A DNA stretch of 29,362 nucleotides. Source: a virus (taxonomy: Duplodnaviria; Caudoviricetes). A model generated the notes under the pieces. That model did not search any database. It was not told the DNA's origin and saw only the letters and a list, made by a program, of their open reading frames with translations. The position numbers and the translations under genes are program-made. Below, piece after piece: positions 15,121 to 24,336 of this stretch. Location of the stretch: the IMG/VR virus record IMGVR_UViG_3300027653_000042, positions 1 through 29,362 of that record; one strand, given 5' to 3'. Every line of letters starts with the position of its first letter. Position 1 is the first letter of the stretch.

Positions 15121-16623
15121 ATGCTGCTGGACAAAAATGGACGGCCCATCCGGCGCGGCAAGCCGGTGTATTCTGAGATCGCCAGTGCGGCGCGCGAGGA
15201 CACGTTCGCCGGCTACCTGGGGGACGTGCGCCCCACGCAGGACCACATCCTGCGCGAGCAGGGCGGCTTCGACAAGTACCGCCGGCTGCTGACGGATGAC
15301 CAGGTGATGAGCACCTACCAGCAGCGCCGCCGCGCCATCACGAGCCGCGAGTGGATTGTGCAGCCGGGTGGCACATCGGCCATTGACATCAAGGCGGCCG
15401 AGTGGTTGGAAGAGCTCATTCGCAGCCTGACGTGGGATGACATCCTCGAAAAGATGCATTTCGGGGTCTTCTATGGCTTCGGCGTTGGCGAGCTGATGTA
15501 CGCCCGCGACGGCCAGTACGTGACCGTCGAGCACATCCGCGTGCGCGACCGGAGCCGCTTTACGTGGGGCCGCGAGTTCGACCTTCGCCTCATCGAGCCC
15601 GGCAAGCCGCAAGGCGAGCCGATGCCGCCGCGCAAGTTCTGGACGTTCACCGCAGGCGCCGACCACCACGACGATCCCTGGGGAATGGGATTGGGCCACT
15701 ACCTGTTCTGGCCGGTCTTCCTCAAGCGCAACGGCGTCAAGAGCGCGAGCCTCTACCTTGAGCGCTTCGCGCATCCCACGCCGGTGGGCAAGTACCAGCC
15801 CGGTACCGACCCGGACGAGCAGCGCAAGCTCCTCGAGGCGCTGGCCGCCCTCACCACCGACCTCGGCATCGTCATCCCGGAAGGAATGCAGGTGGAGCCG
15901 TTCGAGGCCAAGCGATCGGGCAGCGCCGATTACCAGGCGTTCCTCGAACGCTGGGATAAGGCGATCGCCAAGATCAACCTCAGCCAGACGATGACGACCG
16001 ACGACGGGTCGAGTCTCGCGCAGGGCGAGGTGCACATGGACGTACGCGACGACGTCGTGAAAGGGGATGCCGACCTCCTCTGCGGCAGTTTCAACAGTGG
16101 CACGCCCTTCGCCGAGGGGCCGCTGCAGTGGCTGATGGAGTGGAATTTTCCGGGCGCGGCGATGCCGTCGTTCTGGTACCGGTTCGAGGAGGAAGAGGAC
16201 CGTAATGCCATTGCCGAGCGTGACCTGAAGCTCTTTCAAACTGGTTGGACGCGCACGCAAGAGAGCATGCAAGCCACATACGGAGAGGGCTATGAGCGCC
16301 GCTCGGCGGCGCCTCCGATGCCGTTCCCAGGCGGACCGCCATCAAACCCACCGGGACAGGATCCGGAGTTCGCCGAGTCCGACGCCGGGCCGACCGCCGG
16401 CCTCTACGCCGAGGCTGCAGGCGACCGCGCCTCGAAGCACGTAGAGAGCTGGGTGGACCAGATCCGGCGCCAGCTCGACGAGGCGGGCAGCCTGAACGAG
16501 TTTGCCGAGCGTCTGGTGGGCCTCGACCGGCAGATGCCGATCGATGACGTTGCGCGCGAGATTGGCGACGGCCTCGAGGCTGCGCACCTGGCCGGGCGCC
16601 ATGAAGCGAGGGAAGGGCGATGA
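15121..16623 (+). CDS. Portal protein (Mu gp29, DUF935)
   Basis: GLG..L.WP...K, ERFAHPTPVGKY and SSLAQGEVH motifs; follows terL. Confidence 0.93.
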   Translation: MLLDKNGRPIRRGKPVYSEIASAAREDTFAGYLGDVRPTQDHILREQGGFDKYRRLLTDDQVMSTYQQRRRAITSREWIVQPGGTSAIDIKAAEWLEELIRSLTWDDILEKMHFGVFYGFGVGELMYARDGQYVTVEHIRVRDRSRFTWGREFDLRLIEPGKPQGEPMPPRKFWTFTAGADHHDDPWGMGLGHYLFWPVFLKRNGVKSASLYLERFAHPTPVGKYQPGTDPDEQRKLLEALAALTTDLGIVIPEGMQVEPFEAKRSGSADYQAFLERWDKAIAKINLSQTMTTDDGSSLAQGEVHMDVRDDVVKGDADLLCGSFNSGTPFAEGPLQWLMEWNFPGAAMPSFWYRFEEEEDRNAIAERDLKLFQTGWTRTQESMQATYGEGYERRSAAPPMPFPGGPPSNPPGQDPEFAESDAGPTAGLYAEAAGDRASKHVESWVDQIRRQLDEAGSLNEFAERLVGLDRQMPIDDVAREIGDGLEAAHLAGRHEAREGR

Positions 16624-17042
16624 GGGAGGGTATGGGAAGTGTGGAGAGCGGGATGATCGACCGCGCAAAAGCGGTCCGCGACTGGCTGCCGGATTTATAT
16701 CGGAGCATCATCGACGACTGCGTGCGCCGCGAGGATGCAGAGTCGATCCGCCTCAACATCGATCGCTGGGAGGCGATGGCTCGCAAGACCCAAGAGCAGG
16801 CGCGCATAGCCGAGGAGCGGCTCGAGGCGCGGGCGCGGGAGATCGCATCGATGTACAAGCCGCGCGAGCTTGAAGACGAGATCTCCTCGATCACACGCGA
16901 GCTCGACGACGGACGGCGCCGTCTGTCTCGCCGCCGTCCGGACGAGCGGTCCGCCCGCCACGCGGTGGCGGACATGCGGCAGCGCCAGCTCGCACGTCGC
17001 CTCGAAGTCTTTCGAATGGCCCTCCGCCTCAAGAAATGCTAA
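16620..17042 (+). CDS. Charged helical hypothetical protein
   Basis: 140 aa; overlaps the portal stop and the MuF start. Confidence 0.6.
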   Translation: MREGMGSVESGMIDRAKAVRDWLPDLYRSIIDDCVRREDAESIRLNIDRWEAMARKTQEQARIAEERLEARAREIASMYKPRELEDEISSITRELDDGRRRLSRRRPDERSARHAVADMRQRQLARRLEVFRMALRLKKC

Positions 17043-18238
17043 CCCCCACCACCGAATACCGCTCTTTGAGCCCCGATCGGGCGATCGCGTACTTCCGCCG
17101 GAAGCTCGCGCTGCCGATCGAGCGCTGGAGCCAGGTCTACGCCGAGCAGCACGAGCGCGCCTTCGTGGTGGCGGGTGCGATGCGGCGCGACATGGTGGAG
17201 GACTTCCAGTCGGCCATCGCCCGCGCCATCGAGGAGGGCACGACCATTACGGATTTCAGGAAGGAGTTCGACAGCATCGTCCAGCGCTACGGCTGGGACT
17301 ATAACGGCAGCCGCGGCTGGCGCACGCGCGTCATCTACGAAACCAATCTGACCGGCGCCTACGCCGCCGGCGAGCTGGAGGCGCAGCGCGAACTGCAGCG
17401 CGAGCTGCCCTACTGGCGCTACCGCCACGGCGGCAGCCTCAACCCGCGTGAGCAGCATCTGGCGTGGGACGGCATGGTGCTGCGCTCGGACGATCCGTTC
17501 TGGCAGACGCACTACCCGCCCAACGGCTGGGGCTGCTCGTGCTACGTCGAGGCCCTCGATGCGGACGGCCTGCAGCGCCTGGGGAAATCCGGCCCGGACC
17601 CGTCGCCGGAAATCGAAACCTACGAATGGACGAACCCCGCCACCGGCGAGGTGAAGCGCGTGCCGCAGGGCATCAGCCCCGGCTTCGAGTACGCGCCGGG
17701 CGATCAGTTCGCGCGTTCCCACGCGCCTGGTTACGATGTGGAGGCGGCTGCGCTGGCCACCATCCCCGAGGGCAAGGTCTGGGGAGGCGGCTCGAGGCGG
17801 CTGCCCCGGCCGCGGGAAACCGCGCTACTGGGCGACCTGCCGGATGACGAGCTGCAGCGCCTCTTCCTCGAACGCTTTGACGCAGGCCCCGACCGGCCGG
17901 CGGTGTTCGAGGCCGCAGGCGGCGCGCGGCACCTGATCAGCGACTGGATGTTTCGCCAGGGCGGCGGCATGGCAGCCGTCCGCGCGGCCGGGCTCGAGCG
18001 CTACGTGGGCGCGCTGGCCGAGGCATTGGCCGATCCAGATGAAGTCTGGACGCGCATCGAGCGCAACGCGCGCGGGCGCCACGTAACGCGCACGACCTAC
18101 CTCATCCGCGTGAGGACGGATGCGGGCACCGAGCTGGTGGGCATCGACCTCGGCTCGGTGGGATGGAGAGGAGCGGCAGGATCGGAGAGCGACATGGAGG
18201 CCTGGAGGCGCGGCGTGCGCATCTACAGACGTCAATAA
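17036..18238 (+). CDS. MuF (gp30) head morphogenesis protein with PBECR2-like C-terminal extension
   Basis: IYETN...PYWRY...PREQH..WDG...FWQTHYPPNGWGCSC; C-terminal RYVGALAEALADPDEVW. Confidence 0.9.
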   Translation: MLTPTTEYRSLSPDRAIAYFRRKLALPIERWSQVYAEQHERAFVVAGAMRRDMVEDFQSAIARAIEEGTTITDFRKEFDSIVQRYGWDYNGSRGWRTRVIYETNLTGAYAAGELEAQRELQRELPYWRYRHGGSLNPREQHLAWDGMVLRSDDPFWQTHYPPNGWGCSCYVEALDADGLQRLGKSGPDPSPEIETYEWTNPATGEVKRVPQGISPGFEYAPGDQFARSHAPGYDVEAAALATIPEGKVWGGGSRRLPRPRETALLGDLPDDELQRLFLERFDAGPDRPAVFEAAGGARHLISDWMFRQGGGMAAVRAAGLERYVGALAEALADPDEVWTRIERNARGRHVTRTTYLIRVRTDAGTELVGIDLGSVGWRGAAGSESDMEAWRRGVRIYRRQ

Positions 18239-18250
18239 TCGAGGAAAGAC

Positions 18251-18790
18251 ATGCAACGGTTCAACGGATGTCTCAAGCAGCTCGCGGCTTGCATCGTCGT
18301 GCTCACGCTGATGCTCGTCGGCGCGCAGGCGCTCTTCGGGCAGACGGTTACGCGGACGGTGGCCACGGGGTCACACGAGGCGACGCTGACCATCACGCCG
18401 AGCGAGGTGTCGTACCAGCTCTACGGCGACGTGGTGACGCTGCCGCGCGACCTTGCGCAGGCGGCTACAGTCAGGCGCGCGCAGACGAGCCTTTGGGATC
18501 TGGACATGCTCATCACGCTATCCGAGCACCGCGACGGCCCGATCGAATACCCGGCACTCGGCGGCGACCTTGGCGCTGCGCTCGACTCGCTCGAGGCGCT
18601 GCTTACGCAGGCGGCATCCGACATCGAGGCGCTACGCGCCGAGCGTGATGACGCCCTCGCCGCGCGCGACGCCGCTGCGTCTCAGCTTGCTGCAGCTACA
18701 GCCGAGGCCGATGCACTGCGCGCCGAGCAAGCGGCTGCGCTCGTGCGTGTACGCGGCTGGATCGACGCCTGGCAGATGATCCGTCCCTGA
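18251..18790 (+). CDS. Putative inner-membrane spanin (Rz-like) or exported coiled-coil protein
   Basis: N-terminal TM/signal segment and Ala-rich coiled coil; immediately followed by a small lipoprotein gene. Confidence 0.55.
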   Translation: MQRFNGCLKQLAACIVVLTLMLVGAQALFGQTVTRTVATGSHEATLTITPSEVSYQLYGDVVTLPRDLAQAATVRRAQTSLWDLDMLITLSEHRDGPIEYPALGGDLGAALDSLEALLTQAASDIEALRAERDDALAARDAAASQLAAATAEADALRAEQAAALVRVRGWIDAWQMIRP

Positions 18791-18791
18791 C

Positions 18792-18944
18792 GTGCGTGCG
18801 GCGCTACTTATATCGCTACTGCTCTGGCTGGGCTGCGCGTCTGTGCGGCCTGTGCAGCCGGTGGCACCGCCTGTGCCGGTGCCTGGTGAGCTGACGGAGA
18901 CACTCGACGAGCTGGAAGCCCTGCTCATCGAGTGCAGGCCATGA
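18792..18944 (+). CDS. Pro-rich lipoprotein, putative outer-membrane spanin (Rz1-like; not in ORF track)
   Basis: GTG start; MRAALLISLLLWLG-CASVRPVQPVAPPVPVPG..., 50 aa with a lipobox; ATGA-coupled to the next gene. Confidence 0.65.
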   Translation: MRAALLISLLLWLGCASVRPVQPVAPPVPVPGELTETLDELEALLIECRP

Positions 18945-19291
18945 GCGCGCCGGGCCTGGACGACCAGGCGCGTATTGTCTTGACGTGGCTGTATGGCTCG
19001 CTGGCCGGCGCTGCACGCGCGCTGGGACTCGACGAGCAGGCGCTTACGCCCAGCGCCGAGAGTACGCAGCAGCCGGTCCTGGTGGCGCGGCAGCACCTGG
19101 CGGCCCTGCAACAAGAGCGCGACACCGGGCTGGCAGCCTGTATCGCTGCCGTACAGGCGCTCAGCGCGGTCGAAGAAGTGATGCCGGCCGCGCCTGAGGC
19201 TGCGACCGCACGCGAGCAGCTGGCACTGTCTAAATCTCGGCTCCTGGCACGTTACATTGAACCGCTGCAGCGCCTTGAACGCTCAGATTGA
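18941..19291 (+). CDS. Helical hypothetical protein
   Basis: ATG at 18941 overlaps the lipoprotein stop; Ala/Leu/Gln-rich. Confidence 0.6.
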   Translation: MSAPGLDDQARIVLTWLYGSLAGAARALGLDEQALTPSAESTQQPVLVARQHLAALQQERDTGLAACIAAVQALSAVEEVMPAAPEAATAREQLALSKSRLLARYIEPLQRLERSD

Positions 19292-19469
19292 CATCAACCA
19301 GCTACCGACGCGCTTCCACTCGCTCGAGGCGCTCAAGGTGTGGCATGTGCGACGGGTGATACTCGACAGCATCACCTACCCCGAGGCCGCGAGGCGCCTT
19401 GGTGTCTCGACCAAGACGCTCTGGGAGATCCGCCGGCGGTACAAGATCACGGAAATGCCTGGGCCATGA
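19257..19469 (+). CDS. Small Fis-like HTH protein
   Basis: YPEAARRLGVSTKTLWEIRRRY; ATGA-coupled to the gpG-like gene; start uncertain. Confidence 0.65.
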   Translation: MNRCSALNAQIDINQLPTRFHSLEALKVWHVRRVILDSITYPEAARRLGVSTKTLWEIRRRYKITEMPGP

Positions 19470-19921
19470 TACGCTACCGGATCGACGACACAGACCTGCG
19501 GCAGTACGGGCACGACCTGCAGCGGATGCAAGACTGGCGCCGGCCGCTCCTCGAGATCGGCCAGGTGGTGGGTGTCCAGGGCACGCGCAAGCGGTTCGAC
19601 CAGGAGCGCGGCCCCGATGGCACGCCATGGCAGCCGCTCAAGGCGTCGACGCTCAAAAAGCCCAGGCGAAGCCGCTACATCCTACGCGACAGCGGTATGC
19701 GGGGCGGACTGATGCGGTCGATCACCGCGCGCGTACAGGGCAAGCGCGTCTACTGGGGATCGAACAAGGTCTACGCGCGCATCCACCAGCTGGGCGGCAA
19801 GGCCGGCCGCGGTCACGCGGTGACGATCCCGGCGCGACCCTACCTCGGCATATCAAAAGATGACGAGGCTGAGATCGGGCGCATCGTGCTCAAGCATCTC
19901 AAGATTCAGGGCGATCGATAG
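19466..19921 (+). CDS. Virion morphogenesis protein (Mu gpG/gp31-like)
   Basis: RF....PDGTPWQPL...GSNKVYARIHQLGG...IPARPYLG; ATG at 19466. Confidence 0.92.
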   Translation: MIRYRIDDTDLRQYGHDLQRMQDWRRPLLEIGQVVGVQGTRKRFDQERGPDGTPWQPLKASTLKKPRRSRYILRDSGMRGGLMRSITARVQGKRVYWGSNKVYARIHQLGGKAGRGHAVTIPARPYLGISKDDEAEIGRIVLKHLKIQGDR

Positions 19922-20130
19922 CCGACCTTCCGCAGTCCTGTTTTAAGGAGTGATTAATACGCATGAGATCTTACCGCTAATGCACGCTGCGTTGTCCTCC
20001 ACCGCTCGGGCTCGGGCGGCCGCCTCAGATCGCTTCTGACGGCCGCTCGCCCCTTGGCGGTCTAAGTAGTCGCATAAAGGACGATCGCGCGACAGAGCGA
20101 TTTTTAAAAGCGGTTTAAAAGGTCTTACGC

Positions 20131-21276
20131 GTGAAGCTCCTCCATATCCTGCGCGCCGGGACGCATACTGACTCGAAAGGGCAGAAAGTCACGCTCAGTG
20201 AGGCGGACTTCGAGGCGATGGCCGAGGCATATGCCGGCCGCTCGACGCTGGCCCCTCTTGTGGTCGGCCACCCGAAGCACGACGACCCGGCGTTTGGCTG
20301 GGTGACACGTCTGGTGGTTGATGGTCAGAACCTCTTTGCCGAGGTCGACCAGGTGCCCGAGGAAATGGCCGAGCACGTCCGCGCCGGGCGCTACCGCCAT
20401 GTATCGGCGGCGCTCTATGGCCCGGCGCACGCGTCGAACCCTACACCGGGCGCGTGGGCGTTGCGGCATGTTGGCCTTCTGGGCGCCATGCCGCCTGCCG
20501 TGAAAGAGCTGGAGCCGGTCGAGCTGAGCGAAGACGAGGAGTACATCGAGCTCGCGGACGGCCACCTGGCATCCACCATGTCTCGCATGCTGCGCAAGCT
20601 GCGCGACTGGCTGATCGAAGAATCCGGCCTCGACCGCGCCGACGGCATCGTGCCTGAATGGCTAATCGAGGATATGCAGCACGCAGCGGCGCGCTCGGAC
20701 GAGCAGGCCGCTACCGCCTTTTCCGAGGCGCCATCCCACGAAATCCAACATCCCGAGATCATGACGGATACGCCCACTGCCAAGCAGGTCGATCCTGCAG
20801 ACGACCGCGCGGCCGAGTTTGCCGAACGCGAAACCGCGCTTAGTGCGCGTGAACAGGAGCTCCAGGAGCGCGAGGCGCGCATCGCTGAGCAGGAGGCTGC
20901 TGCCGAGCGTGCCAGGCACCTTGAGTTTGCCGAGCGCCTGGTGGCCACCGGCCGCATCCTGCCACGTCATCAGGCCGTGGTTGTCGAGAGCCTCATCCAG
21001 CTTGCTACCGCGACCGACGGCCTGGTTGAGTTTGGCGAGGGTGATTCGTCTGAGCAGGTGCCGGCCGTCGATGCTTTTCAGCGCTTCCTCGAGGAGTTGC
21101 CGCAGCAGGTCGAATTCGGCGAGGTGTCGAAGGCCGAGGGCGACGACCCGGCGAAAGTCGACGTGAACGACCCGCATGCCCTGGCACGCGCTGCCGTTGA
21201 GTTTCAGGAGGCCGAGGCCGCGAAAGGTCATACGGTTTCCATCAGCCAGGCTATCGAAGCCGTCAAGGCGCGGTAA
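20131..21276 (+). CDS. Capsid maturation protease/scaffold (Mu gpI/Z-like)
   Basis: APLVVGHP...PAFGWV, GRYRHVS and LRHVGLLGAMPPAVK motifs; C-terminal coiled coil; possible internal scaffold start at 20761. Confidence 0.9.
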   Translation: MKLLHILRAGTHTDSKGQKVTLSEADFEAMAEAYAGRSTLAPLVVGHPKHDDPAFGWVTRLVVDGQNLFAEVDQVPEEMAEHVRAGRYRHVSAALYGPAHASNPTPGAWALRHVGLLGAMPPAVKELEPVELSEDEEYIELADGHLASTMSRMLRKLRDWLIEESGLDRADGIVPEWLIEDMQHAAARSDEQAATAFSEAPSHEIQHPEIMTDTPTAKQVDPADDRAAEFAERETALSAREQELQEREARIAEQEAAAERARHLEFAERLVATGRILPRHQAVVVESLIQLATATDGLVEFGEGDSSEQVPAVDAFQRFLEELPQQVEFGEVSKAEGDDPAKVDVNDPHALARAAVEFQEAEAAKGHTVSISQAIEAVKAR

Positions 21277-21310
21277 TCCCCACCGATCCATCCACCCCAG
21301 CGAGAGCATC

Positions 21311-21673
21311 ATGCATACTCCAGGACTCACTAAAAACTTTGTCGCCGACGGCGATCTCGAGAAGTACAGCTTCGCGGCAGCCGGCGAAGACGACGGCACG
21401 GCCGCGCAGGCCGCGGGTGCCACCGCGCCCATCCTCGGCGTCACCACCATCGTCGGCGCGGCCGACGGCGAGCGCGTGGACGTCATCCTTGACGGCATCG
21501 CCTACGTCACCGCCGGGGGTACGATCGCTTACGGCGCTCAGGTCACGGCCAACTCGGCAGGTAAGGCTGTCACGGCGTCAACCGGGCACTCGGCCGGCAT
21601 TGCGCTTGAGGCTGCTACGGCAGACGATGTTATCCCCGTGCTCATCACGCGCGGATTTGTTGCGGCCGAGTAA
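21311..21673 (+). CDS. Capsid decoration/cement protein (DUF2190-like)
   Basis: Ala/Gly-rich 120 aa with AGGTIAYG...GKAV...GIALEAA; lies between protease and capsid genes. Confidence 0.8.
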   Translation: MHTPGLTKNFVADGDLEKYSFAAAGEDDGTAAQAAGATAPILGVTTIVGAADGERVDVILDGIAYVTAGGTIAYGAQVTANSAGKAVTASTGHSAGIALEAATADDVIPVLITRGFVAAE

Positions 21674-21745
21674 TCAGCGGCCGGTGCTTCCCGCCGCAGC
21701 ATACTGCGGCGCTACAAGGTCCATCCTCAACACGACTCTTACGTC

Positions 21746-22792
21746 ATGAAACTCTTGAATATCGCTTTTCGCCTCGTCGGGGTCGTGTGCCTCGTATTTG
21801 GCCTGATGGCCATGGCCGGCGCACTCTCGTTTATCTCGCCGGAGGCGGCACTCGTGATCGCGCTGGCGCCCTTCCCCGTTAACCCGGAGATCCTCGCGGC
21901 GGCCATTGCCTACCGCAACCGACGCATGATTGCGGATGATGTCTTGCCGCGCGTCGGCGTGGGTCAGCAGAGCTACAAGTATTGGACGTGGGATCTGGCC
22001 GAAGGCTTCACTGTGCCGAATACGCACGTAGGCCGCACAAGCCGCCCGAACCAGGTGGAGTTTAGCGCCACTGAGCAGAGCTCGACCACGAAGGATTACG
22101 CGCTCGATGACGCGATTCCATACGCCGATCTTCAGAACGCGCCGGCGGGCATCAACCCGCGCACGCGTGCCGCTGAGGGGTTGATGGATCTGATCCTGCT
22201 GGACCGCGAGGTCCGCACCGCAAACCTCGTGTTCGACGGCGATCTCTACGCGGCGAACCGCAAGAAGCCGCTCACGGGCTCGGACCAGTGGGATAACCCG
22301 GACTCGGACCCGATCGACGAGATCGCCGAGGCGCTCGAGGCGCCGCTATACCGGCCGAACCGAATGACCATCGGCCGGGCGGCCTTTGCGAAGCTGGCAC
22401 GCCATCCGAAGATCGTCAAGGCGATGCACGGCAACGCCGGCGACAGTGGTATTGCCACACGCGAGTTTCTGGCCGACCTCTTTGAGCTCGACCAGATCAA
22501 TGTGGGTGAGGCGTTTGTCAACCAGGCCAAAAAAGGCAAGGCGGCGAGCCTCGCCCAGGCGTGGGGCAAGCATTGCCTGCTACACTACACCGATACACTG
22601 TCGAACCCGGCCGCCGGCCAGAGCCGGCCTACGTTTGGTTTTACGGCCCAGTGGGGCGACCGCATCGGCGGCGAACAGGAAGACAAGAATATCGGCATGC
22701 GCGGCGGCGTCATCGTCCGCGTGGGCGAATCGGTCGACGAGCACATCGTGGCCGCCGACCTTGCCTTCCTGCTGCAGAATGTAGTCAGCTAA
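21746..22792 (+). CDS. Major capsid protein (alternative GTG start at 21854)
   Basis: PFPVNP.....AIAYRN...IADDVLPRV, LDREVR.A.LV and TFGFTAQWG motifs; position in head module. Confidence 0.9.
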   Translation: MKLLNIAFRLVGVVCLVFGLMAMAGALSFISPEAALVIALAPFPVNPEILAAAIAYRNRRMIADDVLPRVGVGQQSYKYWTWDLAEGFTVPNTHVGRTSRPNQVEFSATEQSSTTKDYALDDAIPYADLQNAPAGINPRTRAAEGLMDLILLDREVRTANLVFDGDLYAANRKKPLTGSDQWDNPDSDPIDEIAEALEAPLYRPNRMTIGRAAFAKLARHPKIVKAMHGNAGDSGIATREFLADLFELDQINVGEAFVNQAKKGKAASLAQAWGKHCLLHYTDTLSNPAAGQSRPTFGFTAQWGDRIGGEQEDKNIGMRGGVIVRVGESVDEHIVAADLAFLLQNVVS

Positions 22793-22867
22793 GGAATGCA
22801 TCGATGATGAGGCCCGAACGCCGGGGCCGAGCAACAGGCGTGACAGCCGGGAGAGACCGGCCGCCCT

Positions 22868-22941
22868 TGCGGGGTGGAGCAGTCTGGTAGCTCGCGAGAC
22901 TCATAACCTCGAGGCCGATGGTTCGAATCCATCCCCCGCAA
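22868..22941 (+). tRNA. tRNA-Met (CAT), initiator-like with atypical anticodon stem
   Basis: TGCGGGG/CCCCGCA acceptor stem, GAGC-AGTCTGGTA-GCTC D arm, CTCATAA loop, GATGG-TTCGAAT-CCATC T arm; no encoded CCA. Confidence 0.85.
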
Positions 22942-22990
22942 CACTGGCCCGATACGGCTTAGCGAGGCTTTAACCTGCCTTTAATCCCCC

Positions 22991-23491
22991 ATGTACTGCA
23001 CCCCATCAGACCTCGTTACACGCTTCGGAGCGGACGAGCTGGTACAGCTCACCAACCGGAGTGGCCTGCGCGTGCCTGATGAGGCATTTGCGCAGCTGGT
23101 GGCGGGTGGGGATATGGATGCATGGGATGAGGATGTGCAGGCCGCGGCCGAGCAGATGCTGGTGGCCGTGGAAGAGGCTATCGAAGACGCGCGGGCCGAG
23201 ATCGATCCGCACTTGGAAGCCAGGTACAAACTGCCGCTGTCGAGCATTCCGCGCGTCATCAAGCGGATTGCGATGGAGATGGCGCGCTACATCCTCCACG
23301 GCGACGCCGCCACCGAGGCCGTTCAGCGCCGTCAGCGCGACATGCTGGGGCTGCTGCGCTCGATTGGGCGCGGCGAGACCAAGCTGGGCCTGGACCCGGC
23401 CGACGAGGCCACGCGCCACCAGGGCGGCGTGGCTACCACCGGAGGACCACCGGTTTTTACGCGTGACACCCTGCAGGGCTACACCGGATGA
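22991..23491 (+). CDS. Head-tail adaptor (Mu gp36-like, DUF1320)
   Basis: MYCTPSDLVTRFG..EL.QLT...A.AEID..L..RY.LPL motif. Confidence 0.92.
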   Translation: MYCTPSDLVTRFGADELVQLTNRSGLRVPDEAFAQLVAGGDMDAWDEDVQAAAEQMLVAVEEAIEDARAEIDPHLEARYKLPLSSIPRVIKRIAMEMARYILHGDAATEAVQRRQRDMLGLLRSIGRGETKLGLDPADEATRHQGGVATTGGPPVFTRDTLQGYTG

Positions 23492-23910
23492 TCGTCGAGC
23501 ACGCCAAATATCTGACCGAGCTGCTGCAAGATGCGTATCCGGCGCTGGCTGTCGAGCGCACGCCCTCGCGGCCGGAGCAGTACACGCTACGCAGTCAGCA
23601 GGGCGCGATGCTCCTGTTCTTCCGCGAGGCGCGCTACAGCGACCCCGCCCGGCCGAGTCCGCACGGCATCGATGAGCTGCAGTTCGAGCTCACCATCCTC
23701 AAAAAAAACCTGCAGCGCACCGGTGCGGCAGACGGCATCGAGGAGATGATCGACGACCTGGGTAAAGCGCTGTCGGGCATCCGTTTTAGTGGGTTTGTCT
23801 ACTACCCGGCGGGTGCCGGATTCTCGGATTACGATGCATCCGCCGGCGTGTGGAGCTACGATATGAGCCTGGTCGGCTACCGCGTGACCGAGCTGGAGGT
23901 GGCGGCATGA
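23488..23910 (+). CDS. Tail completion/terminator protein (Mu gp37-like)
   Basis: Synteny after gp36; 140 aa with GVWSY near the C-terminus. Confidence 0.7.
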   Translation: MIVEHAKYLTELLQDAYPALAVERTPSRPEQYTLRSQQGAMLLFFREARYSDPARPSPHGIDELQFELTILKKNLQRTGAADGIEEMIDDLGKALSGIRFSGFVYYPAGAGFSDYDASAGVWSYDMSLVGYRVTELEVAA

Positions 23911-24329
23911 CAAGCGTTGAGCAGGTCGTGACAGGCACGGTTGAGCGTGCATCGGGCACGGGCTGGCGGGTCTTGCGGTCGCGCTTTGACAATGCTCAGC
24001 TCGTCGAAGATGTCGTGATCCTGATCGACTCTGATGGCCCCGACCGCGGGCGTGAGCATTACGACCAGCGTGTCGAGCTGCCGGCGACTGTGTTTGTGCG
24101 GGTCGATGAGGCGGCCGACGATGTCCACACCGCCCGGGCGTACGCCAGGGGCGCGGCCGAGGCACACCTGCATTCGTTGATCTACCTGCTGGTAGGTGCG
24201 CCAGAGGAGGCCGTCTGGACGTACGCCTGGCAGGCTACGGCCACGCATATCGGCCTCGCCCGGCCCGACCGCGGGCACCTTTACGCCTATGCGCGGACGC
24301 GCATAGGATTCTCCGTTCCGACAACCTGA
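23907..24329 (+). CDS. Hypothetical neck/tail protein
   Basis: ATGA-coupled start at 23907 with GGAGG RBS. Confidence 0.65.
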   Translation: MTSVEQVVTGTVERASGTGWRVLRSRFDNAQLVEDVVILIDSDGPDRGREHYDQRVELPATVFVRVDEAADDVHTARAYARGAAEAHLHSLIYLLVGAPEEAVWTYAWQATATHIGLARPDRGHLYAYARTRIGFSVPTT

Positions 24330-24336
24330 GACCACC

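Noticed and set aside
14740-16272. Long minus-strand ORFs (510 aa here; also 6026-7111, 8512-9471, 24662-25906)
   Set aside because: Antisense shadows of well-supported plus-strand genes in high-GC DNA.
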